Part shown: one piece after another, positions 53,819-64,000 of the stretch
How the letters are laid out: the number at the start of each line of letters is the position of its first letter
Numbering within the stretch: position 1 is the first letter of the stretch
Assembly: GCA_030264375.1 (NCBI GenBank)
Contig: JASCQW010000027.1
Location: 79,128,815-79,192,814, forward strand
Length of the DNA stretch: 64,000 nt
Source: Carcharhinus longimanus
Lineage: Eukaryota
Direction of reading: 5' to 3'
Notes under the pieces: generated by a model
Seen by the model: only the letters and a program-made list of their open reading frames with translations
Databases searched by the model: none
What the model was told of the DNA's origin: nothing
Position numbers and translations under genes: made by a program

Positions 53819-54179
53819 TTCCTGGGCTATCTGCTTGGGCACCTAATGACGTGCCCATTCTATCCTGCACTGTCACAGTCACACAGCTTTTGGTCCATTT
53901 ACATTCTGACTCACTCCAAAAGACGGGACAGTTCCACCTCTTCACAGGTCTGGAAGTACGCAAGAAGCAGAACAGTTTGTGTTTCATGATCCTTCCGAGA
54001 GTTGCTTCTAGAAATGCTTTTTAAGAGAAGAGGGCGGGCAGTTCACAGGGATAATCAAGGAATAATCAAGGGATAATCTTCCTGGACATGTCAGACCGCA
54101 GGTCATCAAATGTGGAAGACCAGGAACATGTGCTCTTCTTTCTCTCCAGGGCTAAGTCCAGGGTTCAGCCAACAATAGT

Positions 54180-54744
54180 CATGTGGTTGTCCCGCTGAAT
54201 GGTCATGCTCAGAATAATGGATTTCCCCACAGGTCCCTGAAACCATGCATCCACAAGATGCTGCTCAGCATGAAAGCTAATTGCAGAGGAACGACCCTAC
54301 ATTGTTGTATACTTCCGTCATCACAAAACAGAGTAGCCATTTTGCTGTTTGACGAAGGCTTCCCTCATGCTCTTTCCCACTTTGGGTTGCAACAGGGCCT
54401 CACTGACAGAGATTATAGTTCTGGTGAGTCTGGAGACCATTCTCTGTGTTGCTGAGGGCAGATCCTCTCTTGGCAGATTACGCAGGCTAAGTAGTGTGGT
54501 GTAGACAAAGTCTATGTTGTCATAGAGGAATTTTTCAATGAGTTGCTTTTTAAATGTACTGCATGCTCCACTAAACCTTTCGGTTGTGGATATTGAGAGC
54601 TGCATGCACAACGTTCAAAGTCTCATGTGCAGGCAGAGTCTTTGAACTCCCTGTTTCCTGGTGTTATCTGCCACTATCCTCTGCGGAGTGCCATATGCAG
54701 CAAAGTGCCTCCTCAGCTTTTCAATGACTTTGGTTCTCTTCATG
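54180..54744 (-). mobile_element. Ty3/Gypsy integrase remnant
   Basis: VIEKLRRHFAAYGTPQRIVADN and LLSLRNLPREDLPSATQRMVSRLTRT..LQPKV. Confidence 0.75.
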
Positions 54745-55800
54745 TTGATTTGATTTGATTTATTATTGTCACATGTATGAGTATGCTGTGAAAAGTATTG
54801 TTTCTTGCGCGCTATACAGTCAGAGCACATCGTACATAGAGAAGGAAATGAGAGAGTGCAGAATGTAGTGTTACAGTCATAGTTAGGGTGCAGAGAAAGA
54901 TCAACTTAGTGTGAGATAAGTCCATTCAAAAGTCTATTGTCGGCAGGGAAGAGGCTGTTCTTGAGTCGGTTGGTACATGATCTCAGACTTCTGTATCTTT
55001 TTCCCAACAGAAGAGAGTATATCTGAGATGCATAGGATGCTTAATTATGCTGGCTGCTATTCTGAGGGAACGAGAAGTGAACACAGTTAATGGATGGGAG
55101 GTTGGTTTGAGTGATGGACTGGGCTACGTTTGCAACCCTCTGTAGTTTCTTGCAATCTTGGACAGAGAAGGAGCCATACAAGCTGTGGTACAGCCAGAAA
55201 GAATGCTTTCTATGGTGCATTTGTAGAAGTTGGCAGACATGCCAAATTTCCTTAGTCTTTTGAGAAAGTAGAGGTGGGCTTTTTTAACTATAGTATCAGC
55301 ATGGAGGGACCAGGACAGATTGTTAGTGGTCTGGACTCCTAAAAACTTGGAAGCTCTTGATCATTTCCACTTTGTTCCTGTTGACGTAAACAAGGGCATG
55401 TCTTCCACTGCACTTAAGTCGATGACTATCTCCTGTTTTATTGATATCGAGGGAGATTATTGTCGTCGCACCACCTCACCAGATTATATTTCTTTCCCTA
55501 ACTCAATCTAGTCAGTTTGACAACTGACCTACTGTTGTGATGTCATCAGAAAATTTGAAAAGAGTTGGAGGGGAATTTGGTCACACAGTCATAGGTGTGT
55601 AAGGAGTATAATAAGGGGCTGAGGAGACAGCCTTGTCGGGCACCAGTGTTGAGGATGAACGTGGAGTGTTGTTGCCTATCCTTACTGATCTGTGGGTTAG
55701 GAAGTTCAGGATCATTACAGGAGGAGGAGCCGAGCCCCAGGGCAGAGTTTGGAGATGAGTTTTGTAGGAATAATGGCGTTGAAAGCTGAGCTGTAGTCAA
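54745..55800 (-). mobile_element. Rex1/Babar-like LINE 3' ~1 kb
   Basis: NTGARQGCLLSPLLYSLHTYDCV RT motif; (AAATC)n tail. Confidence 0.8.
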
Positions 55801-55954
55801 AAATCATCTAGTTCTTCATGTTCCCTAGTGACAGAAGACTCAGTGAGGCCCCTCTCCTCTCCTCAAACACACATTTTCATCAGCTCTCCTCCTCTACCAT
55901 GCATAGATACCCCTCTCTCTAAGCTCCTTCTCCCACTCTCTCAGTAGCCCTACT

Positions 55955-56675
55955 GGTGAAATTAGCGAAAACAATAATCTCTCCCCCAACATCAGCAAAA
56001 CGAAAGAGATAGTCATCGACTTTTGGAAGCATAGTGGAGAAGATGCCCATCTACATCAACGGGGATGAATTGGAAATACTCAAAAGTTTAAAGTTTCTAG
56101 GTGCCCAGATCACCAACAACCTGTCATAGTTCCCCCCACACCAACGCTATAGCTACAAAAGCCTCTACATTCTCATACTGCTAAGGAAAATTTGGCATCT
56201 CCACTACCAACAGATGCAACTGGAAAGGATGTTTTATATGGTGCATCACAGCTTGGTATGGCTTCTGCTCTGACCAGGACTGCAAGAAACTACAAAGAGT
56301 TGTGAATGTAGCCCAGTTCAACATGCAAACCAGCCTCCCATCCATTGACTGTGTCTGCACTTCCCGCTGCCTCAGGAAAGAAGCCAGCATAATTAAGGAC
56401 CCCATACACTCTGGATGTACCTCTTTCATCTCTTTGTGTCGGGAAAAAGATACAGAAGTTGGAGATCATGTACCAACCGACTCAAGAACAGCTTCTTTCC
56501 TGCTGCCAGACTATTGAATGGACCTACCTTATATTAAGTTGATCTTTCTCTACACACTATGACTATAACACGATATTCTGCACCCTCTCCTTTCCTTCTC
56601 TACGAACGGGATGCCTTGTATAGCGTGCAAAACTACAAACCAATACACGTGGCAACAAAAAAAAAATCAAATCAA
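55955..56675 (+). mobile_element. Second Rex1/Babar-like LINE copy, opposite orientation
   Basis: Reverse complement of about 54745-55465; ends aaatcaaatcaa. Confidence 0.8.
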
Positions 56676-57164
56676 TTTCCCAACAGTCTGGGCTAAACAT
56701 CTCAGAGACTCAATCCCCACTGCTCGCTTTGCCTCGCCAAACCCCACCGATACTGGGGCTCCACTGCTCCCCCAAACTGGCATCTCCCCTGCTGCCTTGG
56801 CAAACACCAAGACTTGGGCCAAGGGGAGTTGGAGGTTGGAAAAAAAATTAAAATACGGAATTCAATTTTCCAAAAGTCAAAATTCTGCCAAATGGCAGAA
56901 AATTGCACGTCCCCAAACAATCATACAATATGCATGGCTAATTATTTCAACTGAATATATCAGATTTTGTTGAAGAGTGCAAGATTACTTGTTTAAATTA
57001 TTCAATTATACTAATGTTACTCACATCCTGAAACTATATTCTTTCTTTAATCTGATATGATTTTAAAGTCAATGTTTTTTTTGGTTTTATTCCCTCTCTA
57101 CCTCTCACCCCCTCCCTACTATATTTGCTGAACTTTCGTTTTGAAACATTCTGTCATTGATGTA

Positions 57165-57490
57165 AGAAGTGTCAGAATTCAGCTATATAAGCTCTTTCAA
57201 TTGGCTCGAAATTCATTAGTAGCTGATCCACCTCCGTTTCACTTTTGTGTCCGATCTCTCTCTCAAATCCTATAACATCCAAAAGCCTATTCCTCACGAT
57301 CTTGAATACAGCTAATGACTGAAGCATCCAGTCTCCCGAGGTGGAGAATTCCAAATACTTACAATCTAGTGAAATTTCTCATATCCATTCCTAATGGCAG
57401 ATCCTCAATCCTGAAAATAGACCCTTAGCTTGAGTCTTCCCAGCATCTACACAGTCAGACCCTCGAGGGTTTTATAGGTTTCTCTCTCCT
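57165..57490 (-). mobile_element. Old CR1 3' fragment
   Basis: tggaattctccacc...attcaagatcg..aggcttttggatg..aggatttg pattern on the minus strand. Confidence 0.5.
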
Positions 57491-57757
57491 CCTCCAGTCA
57501 TTATCCATCTAAGAAAGTAAGATACATCCCAGACTGTAAGACTGAGGTGCTAAAATGTTATTTTAAAATAAAGAGGATAGTTGCAGAGTAAAGTTAATAT
57601 AAATATGCACTCAGTGGAAGAGAGATGCGGAGCCAAATGTGTTAAATTCAATTATTCAAAATCCATCTGTTGAAAACGAGAAATGTTCAATTTAAATTGT
57701 TGGCTTATACTTCCACATTGTTAAAGGATATAATTAAGGATGAAAAGGCACATCTCC

Positions 57758-57781
57758 TGCAGAAAACACAACAGGTTTATT
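57758..57781 (-). terminator. Polyadenylation signal and probable cleavage site of PUM2
   Basis: AATAAA (tttatt on + at 57776-57781), a CA about 18 nt downstream (57758-57759), then a GU/U-rich stretch. Confidence 0.7.
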
Positions 57782-58081
57782 TCATATGTTATTCACATTT
57801 TTTTCTTTTTTATACAGCATATACAATTAAATGAACATAACATTACTCCATCTTAATTGCCAGGGAGCCAGGTGGCAGACCTGATTAAACACAAGATAAA
57901 ATGGTCCATCAACAATCCATGTTAGAAGAAATATCAGTAAAATGCCTAGTGGTTTTGTTCCATTTGTTATCAACGTTATATTTAAATTTCTTGATCTGCA
58001 TTTTCACCCAGACCCCTGCTTTCCAAGCTAAAACCAGAGAACAATCGCACAAAGTGACTTCCTTCACACAACAAATAAATA

Positions 58082-58095
58082 GTTGCCATGGAAAC
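58082..58095. promoter_or_regulatory. RFX X-box-like palindrome
   Basis: GTTGCCATGGAAAC. Confidence 0.5.
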
Positions 58096-58882
58096 TAGGG
58101 CTGTGCCAAAACAAACCTACTGGCTTTCTGAACACAGTAGGCCCAACAGCCAGTCATTTAAACATGGCCAACATGCTCTTTCCCGATGATGTACTTTTTG
58201 CAGCTCTTGGAAGAGATAAGTACTGCAAAGCAATTTGAAAGTTCGCAAGCGAAGTGCCATAGTACAGCTTAACTACGTCAGATTGGAAAATCTAAACGTT
58301 GTAACAGAAAAAAAGGACTGCACAAATTAATAGTATAAAATAATTACAAAATATTACAGCTTCAACATCGAATAATTTAATTCACTGATGCTTTAGTTCA
58401 TTTTTTTAAAATCTGACTGCACAGCCCTAATGAAAACAACTTTTTATCTTTTCAGTGCTAAGGACATCACATCCAAAGGCCTCAAGATAAATAATTCCAG
58501 ATTGTTCCAAATCCACAAACTATTCTGTTAATACAAAATACTGACTTTCAAGGATCATCAAAATACAAAGCACAATCTTATATCTTTCAGAAACTGAATA
58601 TACAAAGCATATTTCAAAATATTTCCAGAGGCAAAGAATACAAATAACTATTAATTATACACATATGGTCACAATTCTGCCTGCAAAATGTCATCAGGAA
58701 ATGTACACAAGGCCTCCTGTAAAATGTACATCATCTATGTGTAGTGTTACAACCTTATGTTCAAATGAAAAATTGACAATATCATACATACTTCCACTTA
58801 CATGTAGGTAGACAATTCCAAAATACAGTACTCTTCTGTACAAAAAAATCATGCCACTTTTAAAAGATGGAAAGAACATTTG

Positions 58883-58896
58883 GTTTCCATGGTAAC
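58883..58896. promoter_or_regulatory. RFX X-box-like palindrome
   Basis: GTTTCCATGGTAAC. Confidence 0.5.
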
Positions 58897-59677
58897 TAGA
58901 TGTTTTAGTTCAAACTTTTCAATTTGACTACGAACAACTTGTACAACATTACACTTGTAAAATTTTCAAAAATTACCATATTAACAGAATTTCAACAGCT
59001 GCGATTATAAACAGAACCTACTGTCCTAATAGAATAAAAGAAAGCAAGTTTAATTTGTAAGCCATATAAAGATACAATTCTTAAAAAATCTTGATTCAAA
59101 GAAATTTACATTATACAACACTATGCTAGGGCAGAGGAGTGAGTTAGTGAATATACACTAAAATGCAAACTTTGTTTTCTGAAGGGTAAAAGACATTTTA
59201 ACATTTACAGCATCAGGTTTACAAATGTACAACTGTACAACCAAACTATGCAGTACTAAGATGGCCAAGCATATGGTTAAACACTAAAACAATAAATTTC
59301 ATTTTTTCAAACTGTAAACTTACACCTATAAATTGCAAAGTCTACACGTATACACTACATATTTATAAGTAAAACAAAGTCTATTTCATTAGTTTTTGCA
59401 TGCGTTACGGTGAGCTACCAAGCTTACCAGTCAATGGCCCCTTAATTTTCAAATCTGCCCAAGATTGCCAAATCTTTAAATTGAGAAAGTAAAAATAAAT
59501 CCACCACACCCTCATAAACATTCTTAATTTAGATACTGAAAAATACAAATCCCCTCATCTCTTTGCAAAATAGACTGAAAAGCCAAATCTAGCAAAAAAA
59601 ACTTTTCAGACAATTTGTATATTTAGGTATGTGTACCATCATGATTCCTTACTGCCCCCTTNNNNNNNNNNCATATG

Positions 59678-59685
59678 TATGTACA
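59678..59685 (-). promoter_or_regulatory. Perfect Pumilio response element (UGUACAUA) in the PUM2 3'UTR
   Basis: tatgtaca on + strand; matches UGUAHAUA. Confidence 0.65.
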
Positions 59686-60377
59686 GTACTTCTATACATC
59701 ACTGAAATAGAAAAGCAGGGCAGTGTTTATCTCAAAAAATAAAACCTATTGAGTATTGACATCTCCGTAGTAAACATCAGGAGTTACATTACATATCAGC
59801 CTGTAATTTAAGCCTTCCCTGAATTACATATTTCAACAGACCATAACTGTTGTGCTATTTAAATATTGTTGTCAAAAAGTAACTTGCTGAAACACAACTT
59901 AACTTTATACAGGTTCTGTTTTTTGACTAATTTAATATTTTTCTCCATCATAAAATTTAATCTATTGGGCCTGAGAACTACATTATGCAGCAAGTATCTA
60001 AAATGATTAGAATTTAAAAGTTGTGAATATACTACTTGAAACTCTTCTAATAATTTTGCAAGGTTTAATTTACAAAACACACAAAAGTTATTTTGATGCT
60101 ATTACATTAAGTTCATATATTCTGTGTTTTACCTAGGCTTTTCAATAAATCTCCAACAAAAGTACTTTAAGGAGAAACAAAACGCACACAAATTCAGGGC
60201 ACATTTAGGATTTGAAGTAGAGTTGACTGGTAAAACACACAATTCACAATTAATGGAAGAAAAAATAGGGGATGCAATAATTACAAGTTAAGTTGTGTTT
60301 AAAGTCTCTCTGCTTTGGCACACTCAATATTTAAGTAGAACAGTTTTCAGAAGTTCTTCTGTGTGCATCACTTCAAT

Positions 60378-60509
60378 TTACAACATTCCATTTGGTGGTC
60401 CTCCAATTGACCCCAGGTCAGTGCTGTTCTTCATGTAATACTTTTCCAGTTTGGCTAAGATGTGTTTTCCATAAGTGTATTTCCTAAGGGTTGTAATATG
60501 AGGTCGAAT
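60378..60509 (-). CDS. PUM2: PUM2 terminal coding exon
   Basis: tgtatatag|ATT start. Encodes [46 protein letters not shown] at 60378-60380. The C-terminal GGPPNGML matches PUM2. Confidence 0.97.
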   Translation of the reverse strand: MRPHITTLRKYTYGKHILAKLEKYYMKNSTDLGSIGGPPNGML

Positions 60510-61018
60510 CTATATACAATCAAAAAACATACAACATTTAACAAAAATCTTTTAAATCAGCTCAAGCATTTCATGGTTGCAATTTTTATAATGGATCAGT
60601 GCCCACCATAAGTTCAAGTGTCTTTATTTCCCCCTTTTGTTAATTTTATCAGAAATTTGGCTATAAGTTAATACTTGCATATTTTTAACCAAGATTAGTA
60701 AATGGAAATTAACATAATCCACCATAAGGAAGTAAAATACAGAGTTAGAAAAGAGAGGGAGTTTTTAGCCTTTGAAGATCTTTCGTGATCTGTAAAACTT
60801 GTTCATTCTAATGGAATGGTACATACATTTGAACACAATTACATCTTCAAATAAAAAGCTACATGATTTAAATTGCAGTCTCCTTGCCCAAGCAGCAGTA
60901 ACAAAATAATCAACCCCTTACGGTAACAGCACTGAATGTGTATCTTTGCTACTTTAACCATTTCATCTTGCACATTACAATGCATTCAAAGTTATGCAAA
61001 AATATCAGTAAAATTTAC

Positions 61019-61211
61019 CTTATGCATGATAATTTTACGTTGAGCAGGTTCTGCTACATCAATCATTTTCTGAACCACATAGTTGGCATATTGATCTTTC
61101 ATCATTGTATATAAGGCACTGTGGGGGCCATCATTCTGGCAGCAGATTTCATCAATCAGTAACGCACGTTCAGCACGAGAGGCATGGGTGACGCACTTTT
61201 CAACAACATTG
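61019..61211 (-). CDS. PUM2: PUM2 coding exon
   Basis: 193 nt, ttttttaag|C...AAG|gtaaat; phase matches the upstream exon. Encodes [64 protein letters not shown]; CCQNDG is PUM2-diagnostic. Confidence 0.97.
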
Positions 61212-61548
61212 CTTAAAAAAATGCACAGTACAAGTCTAATCAGTATCCTAAGCTGAATTAATTTTATATTCAAATTTTATGGCTTGCAGATTAAGAAAAC
61301 AAGTCAGAAAAAAAATCTAACTTAAATGGTGGCGGGAAAGGGAGAATCTTCAATGACAGACCTAAGAAACACTTGCAATATTTCACTGTACTAAGGTTGT
61401 TTTTATGTTTACTATAACATTAACTCTGATCGTATGTATATGTTCAAATATTTGGTTCAAGGACACTTATTCAATTAAGCACAAATTCAATAAAAAAAAG
61501 GAACATTTTTCAGGTATTTACATTATCTAGTACTGAAGCACATTTTTA

Positions 61549-61692
<144 letters not shown>

Positions 61693-62916
61693 CTAATTAA
61701 ACAAAGAAAATTAAATCTTAGAAATAAAATTTAGATAAACTTTCTCATACTAGTTGTTTTTTTAAATATAAATTTGTTTATTATTTGTGCATTAGTACAT
61801 GTTGTACATGTACAAATCAGAGGACATCATTCTACTACCATATAGGTCATTGGTTAGACCGCATCTCAAGCATTGAGGCTAGTTTTTCATGATACATTGG
61901 CCTTGGAAAAGGTTAAAAGGAGAGCTACAAGAAAGATTCCTAGCTTTAAGACTCTGATCGCTTTAAAATAGTCATCCAGTTATTTCAGAACAGCATAGTC
62001 TTAGAAGTGACCTGATAAGTATACAAAATAATAAATGGCTAAAATGGATATCTATTAGATTGAGAAGGACCAAGAAACACATTTAAGCTATACAAGTGTA
62101 GGAATAGACTAGATGGATAGGTAACTCTCCTATTCTCAGAGTCTCAGAAAGGTATTGGCTTATTTTCTGTGTTAACTATGTATGCCTTCAAGATGGAGCT
62201 GAACCCATTCATTGTCGCAAACGTAAGTGGAATAACAGGTAATATTCATGCGGTCAATGGGATCTCCAAAAGCAGTTTTGAATGCCTTTAGAAGTCAGAG
62301 AGAAATATTCCAGAGGTTGTTTTTCTAAATCCAAGTCTTTTTTTTCTGTTTAACACTTGCAAGAGTTAGGACTTTATGTCTAATCACGATATTCCAGATC
62401 TTTTCCTGCCCGTCATTTTCACTTATTTGGAAAATAATTTTTGGAATGGATTTACAAGAGTTGTGTGACCAAGTACACTTAAAATCTGAAATTTTCATTT
62501 GTCGAAATTAAATTCATTTCCAATATATAGCAGAAAGCTTTACATGCAATATTTTAGGATGCATGTAAAGAACATTCTTCCTTATTTTTGTCATTTCTTT
62601 AATCTTCTCCCAATTCCTTTGTTTCTTCCTCAGAATTTTACTTCACAATTTGATTATATTCATATCCACGCTTTGCATTTTTTTATTTATTTAGAAAACC
62701 AAACTGTGCATTTCATTTTTGCATTCCTCCAGTTATTAGAGTGCGGAGCCCAGTAGTGAGTAAGCGGAAACTGTCCAGAGTTTAAAATGTAAATGGATAT
62801 ATACTAGTGCCACAAGTGCACTTCCAAATCAAAACAAATGAAGTTTGCGAGTCATTACTGATCATCTGCTTTAAGTATTGTATATAGCATACTTTCCTTT
62901 TTTTAAAATTACTTAC

Positions 62917-62960
62917 TTTGTTTCTTAAAAGATGACTGGCATCATGTCACGGTGAGTACT
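62917..62960 (-). other. Candidate 44-nt PUM2 poison (PTC) cassette exon
   Basis: Branch-like TTAAT at about -28, ctgtctgcttacctgtgcag acceptor, GTAAGT donor, in-frame TAA at 62925-62927. Confidence 0.4.
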
Positions 62961-63463
62961 CTGCACAGGTAAGCAGACAGTTTGCAATTAAAGACAATGG
63001 ATGTATGATGTCGGTGGTGATTATAAGTAGTGCATGTTATGTTAGAAAGTGCAAAACACTAGTTTCCCTTTCCTAAATACAGATGTGTCCAGTATCCTGT
63101 ATATATCATAATTCAAATGGCACAAGTCCTATAAAGTACTCATACACCTATAAATAAGGCCATGGGTTTGCTGCTTATAAAATGGATAAATTATTAAAGA
63201 ACATGATCATCAGAATTGACTAAAAACCACCAAGAAAAAGCCTGGAAAAATTAGAATAGAATTTAACTTATTTTGCCATCATTAACCAGTGATTCTAAAT
63301 GGACAGAATTGTAGAATGTGATCTCAAAACACTAGTGAGGATCTCAGAATCCCATGTAAAAGAAAAATAATTTGATTATTTTGTCTGCTCCTCTATAATG
63401 AAAGGTATAGATTTGAATGGATTCATGCATCTTGTATGCTAATATGTTATCTGCTCTCCTTAC

Positions 63464-63589
63464 CTGTACTAATTGCTCAGTGTGCTGATGCAATTCCTCT
63501 AAGATCGGAAGAGTCTGCTCAGGTGTGCAGTGCTCCAAGATACGCTGAATGACTCGACAACCATAAGGATGAGTTGACAACACAAAGAC
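63464..63589 (-). CDS. PUM2: Pumilio homolog 2, internal coding exon (PUM-HD repeat region); gene continues beyond the window
   Basis: 126 nt, phase 0/0, ttattttctag|...cag|gtaagg. Encodes [47 protein letters not shown] and EHCT are PUM2-type (PUM1 has VFALS and EHCL). Confidence 0.96.
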
Positions 63590-64000
63590 CTAGAAAATAA
63601 TTATCAGTTGCTGAGGAAACAAGACTTTGCTGTTAGAAAAAAAACACAAGAATTTTACAAAATTAAAAACAGTTTTAAAGATAGGAAAAATAAATCCTGT
63701 ACAGTATTAATGCAGGGATACAATGATGAAAGATCATTGACCTGATATGTTAATGCGTCACCTCAGAATTGGGCCCTTTATTTTTTACTGCTTCTCCTCA
63801 TACTTCTTACCAAATGCACCACTTCATACTTCTCTACATTCAACTTTAACTGTCACATATCTGTCAATTCCACCAGCTTGTCTTGTATTAATCACTATAC
63901 TCTGCATAGTTCATAAGTTTGGTGCCATCTTAAATTGTTCCCTCTATATCCATGTCTAGGTCATTAAAAGAGATCAAGAAAAGTAGTGGTTTTAGCACCA

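Larger units (their letters stand above)
57758..60377 (-). other. PUM2: PUM2 3'UTR (~2.6 kb)
   Basis: AT-rich, no recognisable transposons, rich in UGUA motifs. Runs from the stop codon to the first AATAAA I could find. The end point is inferred. Confidence 0.75.

Noticed and set aside
53223-54024. Long Cys/Val- and His/Thr-rich ORFs on both strands
   Set aside because: Translation artefacts of the (TG/CA)n tract, which lacks stop codons.
1-57700. SDC1 or other host exons, CRISPR arrays or prokaryotic systems
   Set aside because: No syndecan-like or other host coding sequence recognised and no regular repeat-spacer array; the DNA is vertebrate intergenic. Small or non-coding exons cannot be excluded by eye.
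61112-61119. miR-124 8mer (GTGCCTTA) in a PUM2 coding exon
   Set aside because: Explained by Ser-Ala-Leu codons; a single CDS site with no other support.

Overview
Vertebrate genomic DNA, most likely a shark (elasmobranch), judged from about 17 HE1-type V-SINEs, a SacSINE1-like DeuSINE fragment and many CR1/HER1-type LINEs. N-gaps fall mostly inside repeats. The only host gene is the 3' end of PUM2 (Pumilio 2) on the minus strand: four coding exons (63464-63589, 61571-61692, 61019-61211, 60378-60509), all with GT-AG introns and consistent phase, plus a transposon-free 3'UTR of about 2.6 kb ending near 57758. The other ~57 kb is intergenic and repeat-dense: a decayed Gmr1-like (integrase-before-RT, SCAN-like gag) LTR element, a decayed PIF/Harbinger Myb-like gene, CR1, L2 and Rex1/Babar-like LINEs, and Penelope-like terminal repeats carrying minimal hammerhead-ribozyme motifs, often as palindromes. 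Best leads: a candidate 44-nt poison exon in a PUM2 intron, a perfect Pumilio element on PUM2's last splice acceptor, a Pumilio element overlapping a miR-101 site, two RFX X-box palindromes in the 3'UTR, and intact, covarying hammerhead motifs. Everything was read by eye with no database search. Repeat family names come from recalled consensus sequences and repeat boundaries are approximate.
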